Source of the DNA: Haliotis rubra
Lineage: Eukaryota
Direction: 5' to 3'
Assembly (NCBI RefSeq): GCF_003918875.1
Contig: NW_025767501.1
Coordinates: forward strand, 1,302,001-1,366,000
DNA length: 64,000 nt
How positions within the stretch are numbered: position 1 is the stretch's first letter; each line of letters starts with the position of its first letter. The notes under the pieces were generated by a model. It worked only from the letters and a program-made list of their open reading frames with translations. It made no database searches and had not been told where the DNA came from. The position numbers were made by a program, and so were the translations under genes. Positions 28,173-40,946 of this stretch are shown here, one piece after another.

Positions 28173-29334
28173 TGGGGAACACTTGTCATACCCCTATTCC
28201 GTATGTGGGAGCACCTGTCAGACAGTGGTCATTCTGCAGTTTGTTCACTCATGGTGGACAGTTGGAGGATAGATTAGTCTTCTTGTGAGAAATGACATGT
28301 GTATGTACTTGAAGAGATTCTTCATATTGACCCTTATAAATGGTGGTCGCTGATCTATGCCCATGGCATTTTGTAGTTAGTTGAGAGAAGAACTTTATCA
28401 ATTAGATCTCACTATGATTGTACTTTAGCTCACTTAGTCCATGCATGTTTCAGTCAATCATCATTTTGTGTCTGGCAAATTTCACCCCTGAAACCACTGG
28501 ATATCTAATTGAGCACAACTCAAATGTTTGTTCAAATGGTTTTAATGATGTTTTTGTCAGTTGAGAAAATGATGAAACAAAGTTTTGAAAGCAAAAAAAA
28601 AAATAAGCTGGCTCTTGTCAGTAAGCACATAGCCAAGAGAGACACTATTTCTCATCCCTGATTCCTTCTGATAATGGTCTGATAACAAGGTAAGTATGTA
28701 TGCATGTGGGTTTCAGCAAGGTGGCAAACATTTAAGATCAGCATGATTGCAGGTTTTCCTCACAGGAGCTGTCGTGCCGTTATTTGACTGCGGTACATCT
28801 CCAAGTTTCCACATTATAGCTTTCATAGGAACTTGTCATATGGCTCATCACACTGAATGTTTGATTGCCACCCACCTATAACTGGACATGTCACCATTAG
28901 TAAGAACAGAAACATGCCTCATTGTTTGGTTTGTGAACCTATACAGGATTGTATTGCCCATTCCAGTGTCTTGGATTCAGAAAAGTATTAAAATTTTAGT
29001 TATGTCAGATAAGGCTTCATTCCTTCAAGCTGAATAAACTCTTTCTGTTGATTGAGTCATATGGCTTTTTTTATCTCATGCAGCTTTGAATAACTTATTA
29101 ATTTTGACATTTTTCAGCTGCTACATCATTTAGAAATCATATTTATAGCATTTACATCTTATGAAATGCACTTCCTACTTCCTGGTTATCTATTTGAAAA
29201 CGGAATTCCATTATTTACTAGTTTCAACTTTACTTTAATTATTAGTGATTTTTTCATTTTCCTCTTTTTGAAAGCTATTTCCACTAGGATTTTTCAAAAT
29301 ATTTTGGAACATACGACTAGGGTAATTACTACCA

Positions 29335-29491
29335 CTGGAAAAAAAATCCATCTTTCCAAGCTTGGAAATGTCTTGGAAAGATGATGTTTCCAAGACATTT
29401 CCAATTTTGGAAAGATGATGTTTCCAAGACTTTCCAATTTTGGAAAGATGATGTTTCCAAAAATTTCCAATCTTGGAAATATCCGCAAGGG
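29335..29491 (-). mobile_element. Orphan CCC-type (CACTA-like) terminus with subterminal repeats
   Basis: Minus strand begins CCCTTGCGGATATTTCCAAG, followed by three ~34-bp TTGGAAAGATGATGTTTCCAA units rich in TTGGAA/TTCCAA inverted motifs. Partner end not found. Confidence 0.5.
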
Positions 29492-29774
29492 GAGATAACT
29501 GGTGGGTGATGGTAAATTATTGTTGTGCATGGGCTAATTGCAATAGTGGCATGGGGCGGCATGAGTGTTTCATGGGGTCGTTAAAGCGACTGGCGGTAGT
29601 CTTTGATGTTTGGTGTTGTTTTAGTAATGATTGTTTAAGGGGTTAACGAAAGGATTATCGACTTGACTAGTTGAAATTGCAGTGGTGAACACATTTTAAA
29701 TGTTCAATGTTTTGGGTGAAAAGTGAATTTTGTCACGTTTAGTTTAGGTATGTGTCATCGTAAGCTTATATCTA

Positions 29775-30180
29775 GTGAGTGAGAGTTAATTTCGTTACAA
29801 GGGCCACCGACCCGTTATACAATTTTGAAGATAACAATACAATCCAGCCATATATAATATTAAGCTGTATGCTAACATGTACAATGTCTCATTTAACCTT
29901 ATACTCTATATTCGACAACTTTGCTCTTTTTGTCAATGCAAAAAATATAAACTTAGCAAGATTGTTAACAGTTGTAGAATTGCAAGACAATAATAAGTTG
30001 ATAAATTTAGTTTCACATGGATTATTTATGTAGTATTGTTGTAGCAGGCTGTTTCTCAGATCACAGTAAAATGAACATTCAATAAAGACTTGGTACTCTG
30101 ATTCAATGGTAAGTACAATACACAGAGGGCAGAATCGCTCATGTTGTTTTATATTTACTTTTCGCCCATATTCAAACATT
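29775..30180 (-). mobile_element. 3' end of a non-LTR retrotransposon (RTE-X-like ORF2 C-terminus plus 3' UTR)
   Basis: ORF 29889-30179 EYGRKVNIKQHERFCPLC...IESEYQVFIECSFYCDLR...KFINLL...NLAKFI resembles the degenerate C-terminal CCHC region of LINE ORF2 (ETGR..ERxCxxC..EDEYHF..C..Y.DLR). The UTR has a GGGTCGGTGGCCC hairpin and ends in CTCTCACTCACT. Confidence 0.75.
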
Positions 30181-30273
30181 AAAGGATGGTCTGAACAACA
30201 AACTTACTCGAGGCAAAACGAATCGTTAGCGTTGCCATCAATCGTTATGTTGCCCTCCTTAGGGGGGTCGAGT

Positions 30274-30399
30274 GATGGTGTCACCATGCACTAATTTCAA
30301 CCGGACCCTGTAGTTCGTGCTAAATGGGTTATGTTTGTGAGTGCGAAGCGAGCGTTGTGGAAGCTTGTAACGATATCTTAAATGTGTTCAGATAAACTT
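30274..30399 (+). pseudogene. Decayed THAP zinc-finger fragment
   Basis: DGVTMH*FQPDPVVRAKWVMFVSAKRALWKLVTIS*MCSDKL follows the THAP pattern HxFPxD..R..W...R..W......CSxHF, with two stops and lost ligands. Confidence 0.6.
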
Positions 30400-30405
30400 C
30401 GCGGA

Positions 30406-30687
30406 AGTTAAAGAATCAAAACTACTTACTAGTTGTAGTACAATAAATATATGATTGATGACCAAAAAGATTTCCCATGACACAACTTGAAGCATAACGA
30501 TTTCTTTCTCGGAAGCGAGGTTGTGGTGGAAGTGGCAATAATATTGTAAGTAGTATTATATTGACACCCACCTCGCTTCCACGAGAGAAATTGTTATGTT
30601 ATAAGATATATGTCATGCAAAATCCTATTTGACATCAATCAAATACAGATTTTACTACCAGTAGAAAGTAGTTTTGATTTTGTAACT
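30406..30687. mobile_element. Foldback/MITE-like element with ~115-bp imperfect inverted arms
   Basis: AGTTAAAGAATCAAAACTACTT...GGAAGCGAGGT is mirrored by ACCTCGCTTCC...AAGTAGTTTTGATTTTGTAACT. Confidence 0.7.
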
Positions 30688-30702
30688 CGGTAACAAACTG
30701 AC

Positions 30703-30922
30703 CACCCTTGAAGATTCAGTTTAGAATTGGTCTTCAGAAACCCATGCGATTAACTAAGTCAGGTGGTCAAACTTGCTGGCTTGGTTCATGTATGTCAGTG
30801 TGTCCTTGTGCTCATGCTCATGATGTCAGTCACTAGTTTGTCTGGTCCAGACTTGATTATTTACAGACTGCAATCATGTATCTGGAAATTTTCGGAGTGC
30901 TGTGTTAAACAACAAACAAATA
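30703..30922 (+). mobile_element. SINE-like family A, diverged copy
   Basis: Family A homology; TSD TAACAAACTGAC (30691-30702) / TAACAAGCTGAC (30923-30934). Confidence 0.8.
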
Positions 30923-32029
30923 TAACAAGCTGACAAATACTCTATACCCGAGGATCCATCAACTTCTCACTTAACCCCAATTTGAAAGATATGGTGAAAT
31001 TGTTTGGGGAAAGTCATATGTGATTCAATTCTCAAACTTAAGGATCATAACTATGACAAGATCTGAAATATGAACCCATAACCATGAAATCCTGGCAATT
31101 CTAAGGGAAATAACTCTGAACAGCAACTTACATCACTGGGACATTCCCCTAGCTCTGCCTTCTCAGAGTCCCAGTGTCCATCAGCATTGGTAGGTCATAA
31201 TATATATACCATATGCTAAAGACAAACACATAACTAAAAATTCCTTTTTGTTAAATTTAATCATGCACTGTTGTTGCATATTTTGACAAAGATGGACCGC
31301 ATTGACTTTATAAAGTGTCTGTGTTTTTATAATCAAAATCCAACACTTCTCCCTTGACATTCTCATACATCTGTCAGTTTAGCAGTCAATATCATAATAG
31401 TTGTAAACCTATTTAGTGACACTTACTTTTGCCTTGGGTCCATGTGTGGCACAACCGAGCCATCCTACACAGACAGACATCAGGAATCCTTGCAACACTG
31501 ATGTACCATACAGACAGGGTTTAAATCTAGTTAGTGCCTTAGTTAGAGGGGCTATTTGAGTCCTGAAGGTGATGACTGCCCTCACAATGTGCTATATATA
31601 CACAAACAAGAGAGGAGGTTTATGCGTGCATGATGTTACAATGGTGAGCCACAGGTCATATAGTCTGATGCTGGCTTCTTGTTCTTATTTACTGATGTTA
31701 TGTTTGCTTTGGCTTCAGGTACTAAACTGATGAGTAAATTTGTCATAAAATCAAGCCCTGAAGTTCTTTTTTATTGGAATTAAATTTCTGATATGTAATC
31801 ATTTTTGGTTTGTGGTATTTTCATTTTTCACTTTCTAATATTTCATATATTCTTTACCTTAAAACATATCCAAGAATATGGTCAGCAACCTTTCAGAGAG
31901 ATGTATTTGCAAAAATTCTTTAGATGTGGTCAGTGTAAAAGAGTCTGAATACTATTATAGAATGGCCGTCTTTGAAATACCCGAAACAGTTGTGTATGTG
32001 TGTATCATCCATTGAATTCCCGGTCAGCC

Positions 32030-33453
32030 TGGGCAGTGCAAGAAGTTCATGGTTCATGTAAGCTTTGGACAGTGTGAGAAGTTTATGGTCCATGTAAACC
32101 TTGGACAGTGTGGGAAGTTTATGGTCCATGTAAACCTTGGACAGTGTGAGAAGTTCATGGTTCATTTATGCCTGGGGAGTGCAAGAAGTTCCCAGATATT
32201 CTGGGAGTAACATGGTTCCTGTATGGCTGGACAGTGTGAGAAGTTCATGGTTCATGTAAGCCTGGACAGTGCCAGATATTCTGTGAGTAATATGATTCCT
32301 GTAAGGCTGGACAGTGCCAGACATTCTGTGAGTAATATGGTTCCTGTAAGGCTGAACAGTGCCAGATATTCTGTGAGTAACATGGTTCCTGTAAGGCTGG
32401 ACAGTGCCAGATATTCTGGGAGTAACATGGTTCCTGTATGGCTGGACAGTGCCAGACATTCTGTGAGTAATATGGTTCCTGTAAGGCTGGACAGTACCAG
32501 ATATTCTGGGAGTAACATGGTTCCTGTATGGCTGGACAGTGCCAGATATTCTGGGAGTAACATGGTTCCTGTAAGGCTGGACAGTGCCAGATATTCTGGG
32601 AGTAACATGGTTCCTGTAAGGCTGGACAGTGCCAGACATTCTGGGAGTAATATGGTTCCTGTAAGGCTGGACAGTGCCAGATATTCTGGGAGTAATATGG
32701 TTATTCTGGGAGTGGGTGCAGATATTCTGGGGGTAACATGTAAGATATTCTGGGAGTAACACTGGTTTCCTGTATGGCTGAGACAGTGCCAGATATTCTG
32801 GGAGTATGGTTCCTGTAAGGCTGGACATTGCCAGATATTCTGGGAGTAACATGGTTCCTGTATGGCTGGACAGTGCCAGATATTCTGGGAGTAACATGGT
32901 TCCTGGGAGTAACATGGTTCCTGTATGGCTGAACAGTACCAGATATTCTGGGAGGCTGGGGAGTAATATGGTTCTGTACAGTGCCAGATATTCTGGGAGT
33001 AACATGGTTCCTGTATGGCTGGACAGTGACAGATATTCTGGGAGTAACATGGTTCCTGTATGGCTGGGACAGTACTAGATATTCTGGGAGTAACATGGTT
33101 CCTGTATGGCTGACAGTACCAGATATTCTGGGAGTAACATGGTTCCTGTAAGGCTGGACAGTGACAGATATTCTGGGAGTAACATGGTTCCTGTAAGGCT
33201 GGACAGTACCAGATATTCTGGGAGTAACATGGTTCCTGTAAGGCTGGACAGTACCAGATATTCTGGGAGTAACATGGTTCCTGTAAGGCTGGACAGTGAC
33301 AGATATTCTGGGAGTAACATGGTTCCTGTATGGCTGGACAGTACCAGATATTCTGGGAGTAACATGGTTCCTGTAAGGCTGGACAGTACCAGATATTCTG
33401 GGAGTAACATGGTTCCTGTATGGCTGGACAGTACCAGATATTCTGGGAGTAAC
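32030..33453. repeat. Compound minisatellite: 36-bp units followed by related 45-bp units
   Basis: GGACAGTGTGAGAAGTTTATGGTCCATGTAAACCTT (36 bp), then GGACAGTGCCAGATATTCTGGGAGTAACATGGTTCCTGTAAGGCT (45 bp). These give the 12- and 15-aa periodic ORFs. Confidence 0.95.
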
Positions 33454-35512
33454 CTATGCAGTGACCAGCTGGTACTGCAATATTTTCTCCCATCTGAACT
33501 GACTCAGGTCGATGCGACAGCAACTCCATTCACGATCAGCCCATGGCACGACATTTAGATTTCAGAAGCAATCAAATTTTCTTTGCATAACTGGATGATT
33601 TCTTCAAGGCATAACATTCATGCCACTCACAGGCACTGTATTCACCATGTTAAACTCCTTGCTCAAAAACCTCATCCTAAAAATATCAGTCTATCATTGC
33701 CCATTTTCTACCAGTGCCCTTAAAAAATTAATGGTTCCGTAGAATGTTTTTGAATTTTAATTAGGAAACTTGTAATGGTAAGCATGTCAAATTAAGGATA
33801 TTGGCATGCCATCCCATCTCTCCCCAGTACCACCCTTTGAGTTTTCCTGCTCTCATTACAGTCGACCAGCACTTGTCCCGTAGATCATGAAGCCAGCACC
33901 ACCATGCCTTTGACTGTGGATTTACGCACAGTGTAAAGACTGCATACATTAGGTATCGGAAATATTGTTATTTATAAGTGGCATTAAAGTGAACTCAAAT
34001 AGATTGCATGATATATCAATGTTTAGAATTCAAATAAAATACAGTCAGACAGATGGACCAGCAGTTCTAATAAATTGAACGATCAATTTGTAAATTGACT
34101 AAACTGTTCAGCTAGGATTAGAATGTGGATCATTTTCAATCGACTTTAACAGGTCAATTGGCCTGTGTTGATACCACAGATAGATTCTTCTTGCACTCTG
34201 TTCTGATGAATCTTTTTTGGAAGCCATGTTGATATTTCCCTTTTATTTTCCAACAGGTTTCTCAGCTCCTCTGCAGAAAGGATAATTACTGTTTATTTTT
34301 GTATTGATTTCCTTTCCAAAATACATATACAAATAGAAGTATAAAAATGTCTTTGCACCTTTAATGACTTTCATAAGAATCTCATCAATATTTTAGGTAT
34401 GCTAGATTATATGATGCAGTTAGTGTTGCAAATGAGAAGGAAATCTAATTAACAAATGTCTGAATGAAGCACTGTCAAATGAAGACAAACACCTGGTGTG
34501 TCATCTGTGCTGCGATTATTTCAGTTTGATGTATGTTTCTAAAGCCCGTTACTCTTCCAATTAGGACATCAATTTCAGACAGACTGCCATATACCCTTAA
34601 CCTTAGGAATCAATTAGAGGGACAGTGTGCTAATTTCTGCCTTTGACACTGTCTGTACAGTGTCTTCAGATCAATGAGACTTTTGAACCACTTCGTTGGA
34701 ATCGTGTAACCCTGTGTGAAAACAACCTCAAATTAATCTACTTAGATAGGGGCTTATTTGGCCCAATTGTATTCCCTAAAATCTTGAAATAACAAATCTC
34801 GCTAAATAGCCACACAAAAATCGGTATCTGGTGTGACTTGTATCCATCTCTTCAAGACGAATTCTTTTAAATATATTGATACACTTTTGCTGTTAGCGAG
34901 ATTTTCCATTTGTCACAATGCTCATTTCAGTGGCATGTCTACATAAAGGGGGCACATGCTGTGGAGTCATTTCATGTTGAGGTACAGACTTTATAGAGTC
35001 AGTTGGGTTGTACACCACTTTAGGTGTCTGTACTGGGATTCCTCCTGGTGGAGAGATTTTGGGATATGTCCTCATTTCCCTGTGTCTATTGTAATAGATG
35101 GTTAAAATATGGATGTGTGTGATCTGGATGATTGTGTGTTACCATAGAGTGTTGCTCATGCTATCGACCACTGTTTCTTGGCCTGTACTCAGTTATGTTC
35201 TGTTCATCTGTTTATAGCTTTAATATTTTCTTAGCTAAAACTGCAGGGCGAGTCTATGGTCTGTTTGTTAAAGGGGACAAGTAGAGAAAAGAGTATTTAA
35301 GGATAAATGAATGAAAAGTTGTTCTGGTAATATACAGTGTATATGTTGTTCACACCTCCATCATTTGAACTGATGACAGCTGAAGCAAGGCCACAGAAAA
35401 TATCTTAGACTATGCACGATGCTGTCAACTATCACAGACAATGTCGGAGACATACATGATGTTGTCAATCATTTCATGCAGTTAATCACAAGTTATTGTA
35501 GTTAAAAAAAAG

Positions 35513-35983
35513 TTCATAATATCGATCACGGAGTTGTCTGGTCCTGATGACTTGGATCATTATTCATAATATCAATCACGGAGTTGTCTGGTCCTGATGA
35601 CTTGGATCATTATTCATAATATCAATCACGGAGTTGTCTGGTCCTGATGACTTGGATCATTATTCATAATATCGATCACGGAGTTGTCTGGTCCTGATGA
35701 CTTGGATCATTATTCATAATATCAATCACGGAGTTGTCTGGTCCTGATGACTTGGATCATTCATAATATCAATCACGGAGTTGTCTGGTCCTGATGACTT
35801 GGATCATTATTCATAATATCGATCACGGAGTTGTCTGGTCCTGATGACTTGGATCATTATTCATAATATCAATCACGGAGTTGTCTGGTCCTGATGACTT
35901 GGATCATTATTCATAATATCAATCACGGAGTTGTCTGGTCCTGATGACTTGGATCATTATTCATAATATCAATCACGGAGTTG
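35513..35983. repeat. 50-bp minisatellite, about 9.5 near-identical copies, apparently derived from SINE family A
   Basis: ATC(A/G)ATCACGGAGTTGTCTGGTCCTGATGACTTGGATCATTATTCATAAT at 35521, 35571, 35621, and onward. Confidence 0.95.
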
Positions 35984-37978
35984 TGGTGTCATATAGCTTG
36001 ATGTGGCATTAAACCAAAGGCAGGTGAAATAGGAAAGATCAGTTAATTGATTAAATGTTCAAAATTATTATTTCCTCCTTTTGAAGTGGATGTTGTAGCT
36101 TGGGATCGAAGGTGATGACATCAGTTGATTGTGAAAACCTTCAGCTTTGTCATCTTTAAAGTTTAGTATAAATGTAAGTTGATTATGTAATGGCGGTTTA
36201 AGCTGGGTATGGAAAGTGATGATGACAGGTGTTTGTGAAAACATCTTTGCTGTGTCTCCTTCAACATTTACCATGTAACATGTCATAAATCGATATAATT
36301 CACACAGCAATAACATCATTCTCATCTGAAATAATCCTTACTCAACACATATCACCTGCAGCTTTTTAAGCCAAACTGATCTTTTTGGACATGTTGTAAA
36401 GTCATCGTATATTTACATCCAGATTTTGACAAACGAACAAAGGATTAGTACTGGATAATCTTACAAGCAAATAAACAGGATTAACAACATATTTACTCTT
36501 AAGCTGACATTGCTAATAGGAATCAGCAAACAGTGTTGGTGAGATATTGAGATGTATGTTGATAAGCTGATCATCTGTGGACAAGTGAGTATGGCAATCT
36601 GTCACATGAATGTTTAGATGTGTCTATAGTTATCCAGTCCTTCTTTACATATTATTGTTTGAGAAGTTTGATGTCCCAGCTGGAAAGGAATACAGTTATC
36701 TAGGTCTTTGCTGTAATATTATTGGTTTTGTCAAAGAAATCATTTTGGTGCAAGTGCCCTCAACTATTGCATTATGTTTGGATGCATTCTGTCAGCTGGA
36801 ATGAATATTGGACCAAATTAAGTTTTCAAACAGATATTTGTCAGAAGTCCTGTGTATCATGGGTGTAAGGTCAAATGTCTTTTGATCACTGATGATGCTG
36901 AATTCAGTTCCTTGAGTAAACTGTTCAGCTACTGCACGTTGGCTGAAAGCATGAGCAGTGATGCAAAACACTGGAGCCAGATGCACAATCACAGGTTCTG
37001 CATTTTGTACTCAGCTGACAATCTGTCCTACTTTGGTCGAAGTTGGTTTTGGATCTCTTTATTTGTTTTGTGGACAATTTTGTGAAAGAGTACATTCATA
37101 TATATAAAGTTGGGAGCCAGCCAAGTGGGTTATAAACTAGGTCACAGCTTGGTCACAAAGCCAGTGCAATGTGTGAATGAGATGAAATCATTCAGGTCAA
37201 TAATTTTGACACCTATGGATTGATCTACATCAAATTAATTGTCTTTCCAGTTTTCAATGAGTGGCATGCAGTTTTTTTGTAACTTGATAGTCCTGCAGCT
37301 AAATCTCCCATTTATATGTTATGATATCAAAGGTCAAATGAACAGTTGCCAGACTAGAGTTACATGAATGTTTGGACGATTACTTGAAGAAAAATCAATA
37401 GATTTGGACTAAATTACGTGTGTAGACATGTCCTAGTTTACCCTTAGGTCAAGGTTACTAAAAGTGGATCATTAATAAAATAATCACACAGAGAAGCTCT
37501 GACATTTCTGGCTCAAACTTTCATATGATGTTGATGGAATGCAATCTTATAACGCTATAGATTTTCATATGCTCAAGAGGCCAAGGTTGATAGAGAGCAA
37601 AGTAGGTCAAGGTCACCAATGGGAAGGTCTCTTGACATTATTCTGGAAATGTGATTAAATGAATAACCCTTATATCTATCATAATAATCTCAATATATCT
37701 GAAACCAAATGAAGTAAAGAGATCAAGGAACAGGAAGTGCTGAAATGAAAATGGCCTCTTCCAGCTAAGTTTTCAGTGTGTTTGGTAAAGGGTAGGAGAA
37801 CTGACAAAATGGAATGCGGCATCAGTGACAGCAGTGCCAACTGTTGTATAAACAGTTGGGCTTCCATTGTCACTTATATTCCAATAAAGTTAATTCTTGC
37901 TATTATTGTGTAATTCATTACACTGAAGCCAATTCCTGGTTCAAAGACCTGATATGAGTCTGTTTCATGTATTCTTCA

Positions 37979-38054
37979 CATTTCTGGTGTCCCCCCGCTG
38001 TGATATTGCTGGAATATTGCTAAAAGCGGAGTAAAACTAAACTCACTCACTCAC
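37979..38054 (+). mobile_element. SINE family B, strongly 5'-truncated
   Basis: Only the 3' part and (TCAC)n tail are present. Perfect 14-bp TSD TCATGTATTCTTCA at 37965-37978 and 38055-38068. Confidence 0.9.
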
Positions 38055-39355
38055 TCATGTATTCTTCAAACAACACACATCACACATTTCAAACGTTTAT
38101 AGTTTATCAGTCATCAGAAACTTTTCACAAGGCTGGAACTAATCCACTATGTATTGATACAAACCTATGACGATGTTGAAATAGAAGTAACTATTATGAA
38201 CTAGTCACCTACATCTGTCCAAATGTGTACAAACAGATCTATTGTTGTTTGAACTACTTTCTGTACACTAGGCCAGTCAAGTTAAAATAAAACAGGAGAG
38301 GTGATGAGTGTATTTTCAGAAACCATGTTTTCAAAGAACACTGTCTAAAACTGGACAATGATTTACTTAAGATTTTGGAATCTTTTAAGACTTTACACCA
38401 AAGCCTTGTACATGTCTAGACAGTGTTAGAAATTCTCTTGGAGGTCCTTCGCATAGGAGATGTTGATGATTTGATGGTAGTAAATTGAAACACATCTCAT
38501 GGTCACAATGCTTCATATAAAGACTCTGTGGTTGGTCTTTTACAACATCCGTAGATGGATGCATCGCCAATTTTTGTGACAGAAGACTGTCGCCTGCTAA
38601 TTATGGATATTCTTTGAAGTACTTGTAGGTCAAGGTCGCGGTGATGTGTAAAGGGCTCTGGATCAAGACATCCATTAGCAGCTCTTTAATAATTTCCAAT
38701 TCCAAAACAGCCATTGAGGCAAACATCTACATTCCCTTCATGAACCGAATAGCCCTTGATTACACCTGAGCGAGTCACTGCAGCAAATTACAAGCCATAG
38801 AAACTTTCAAATGTACTTTTTATGTTTCTTCTATTGTAGATGTCATGCCTAAGGTTTTTGTTTGAGATGTGTTATTTTGTTTTCACTGAGTGAAACTACA
38901 GTTCCAAAGAGAAAGATCAAGTTGGCGATAGTGTCAACAAGATATGCTTTGTTATTGTTTCCATATTCAACAACTTTGGTTCCTTTAGGATTTTCATGAA
39001 ACAGCACCACGAAACAATGCTACATTACTTTGGATGTTACAAAATTTTACTCAAATGTGTACATGTACTTATTTGTAAATGTACTTATTTAAGATAAAAT
39101 TTGCTGAGTTTGTGCTAGGTTTTTATGCAGAATGTGCAAAGTTTGTGTTTAAACTGGGAAATATATTTCTCTGTATAGAATTTCTCTAACTTCTGTTGAA
39201 GGAGACAGAATTGTATATTTTTTGTCAGGTGTATTGGCCTTAAATATTTAGCATTTATGCTGGAACCAAGTTAAATGATTGGAAATATCTATTCCTCTGT
39301 AACCACGAGAGCCATTTTCGCCCAGGTGAATCTGTGGCAACAAACGTTTTAGAAG

Positions 39356-39810
39356 CCCCATGTGTAAACAAGTGCATCTGAACATCCTTGGTGTAAACAA
39401 GTGCATGTGAACACCTCATGTGTAAACAGGTGAATGTGAACATCCTGCATGTAAACTTGGAAATGTGAACACCCCATGTGTAAACTTGTGGATGTGAACA
39501 CCTTCATGTAAACTGGTAAATATGAACACCCAAAATGTAAACTTGTGGATGTGAACACCTTCAATGTAAACTGGTAAATGTGAACACCCTTAATGTAAAC
39601 TGGTAAATGTGAACACCCATGTGTAAACTTGTGGATGTGAACACCCTTCATGTAAAATGGTGAATGTGAACACCCCATGTGTAATCTGGTGGAGGTGAAC
39701 ATCCTGCACATAGACTGGTGGATATGAACACCCCATGTGCAACCTGGTAAGTGTGAACACCCAACATGTAAACTGGTGAGTGTGAACACCCCATGTGTAA
39801 ACAGATGTAC
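39356..39810. repeat. Degenerate 28-29-bp minisatellite, about 16 copies
   Basis: Recurring TGTGAACACCCCATGTGTAAACTTGTGGA (e.g. 39464, 39493). Confidence 0.85.
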
Positions 39811-40825
39811 ATGAGTGGGACAGTTGTCACCTAGTTTGTAACTCATTGATAAAGGTACAGTAGACATTTGCTCACTCATGCACAGATTTGACTGGGACAG
39901 CAATTTTGTGTGCAGTATATTTGCTCGCGCATCTAAATGTTCTTTGATTGCCTCCATTGATGTCATTTTATGATCTGCTGCTTCCTTTCATGTCCTTTCT
40001 GTTAATACCTTTTGGCTTGGTCACTTTATTTGTGTGGCTTTGTTATTGAGGAAAAAGGAAGTACAATGTAACAGGCAACATTGGGTAATCAATATGTTTC
40101 TTGGGTTAATTTTATCTCACATATTTCTAAGATGTTGCAGCTGTTTCAGTGTAAGGAGTCCTGTTCTTTTGGTATCTCACTTGGCTTGACCCATTTCATG
40201 TTAGATGTAATTTACTGATCAGAGTTATGTCCCTTGTGTGGCCAGGATCAGTTCAAGGATTTGATCCCCAGGTTCATTCCAGCTCTCTGTCAACACCATA
40301 CCAAATGGTACAATGACCTGTATCACTGATATCTTTCCACCCCCAATTAGCCAACATCTAATATACTCTTATTTTCTCTTGCATAGTGTGCCTTGGTTCT
40401 TTGGGTTTTTTTTATGAGACATACACATAAAGAGTTTTGATTCTATTTTCAACTGACACTTACTTTACCCAGAACATGTGGAACTGGAAACAGCATGTCT
40501 ACCAATCTATACAGAAGTAAACACAATAGTCTTGTTATTACACTATGTGGTTCTAAAGAGTTATCATTGTATATCTGTCTTATGTTTATTAATTTCATTT
40601 AATATTTCATTTGTTGTTGCTTCCCTTACTTTTGATGAAATCATGTACGAACTGATTGCCAGATCTCACCAACTCAGAAACAATGATCAGATAAACACTG
40701 TTTATACCTTGAAAGGAACCTTAGAGAATTGATATATGTGTAAAATATACCATCATTTGTTTTGTTAAAATCATATATTGGTTAGCATGACTGTAATATG
40801 TCAGCATAGTATTTGTCTTACTGAA

Positions 40826-40946
40826 GACTCGGGTTTGACTCCCCACATGGGTACAATGTGTGAAGCCCATTTCTGGTGTCCCCTGCCATGATATTGCTGG
40901 AATATTGCTAAAAGCGATGTAAACCTAAAATCCTTCACTCACTCAC
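40826..40946 (+). mobile_element. SINE family B, 5'-truncated
   Basis: Degenerate B box through the (TCAC)n tail; 10-bp TSD TCTTACTGAA at 40816-40825 and 40947-40956. Confidence 0.9.

Noticed and set aside
29775-29810. The LINE fragment as partner of SINE families A and B
   Set aside because: Only the TCAC microsatellite end is shared; the GCTGGAATATTGCT...GGCGTAAAAC module is absent.
32166-33558. 425-aa and 294-aa Cys/Pro-rich ORFs
   Set aside because: Translations of the 45-bp minisatellite; overlapping ORFs on both strands.
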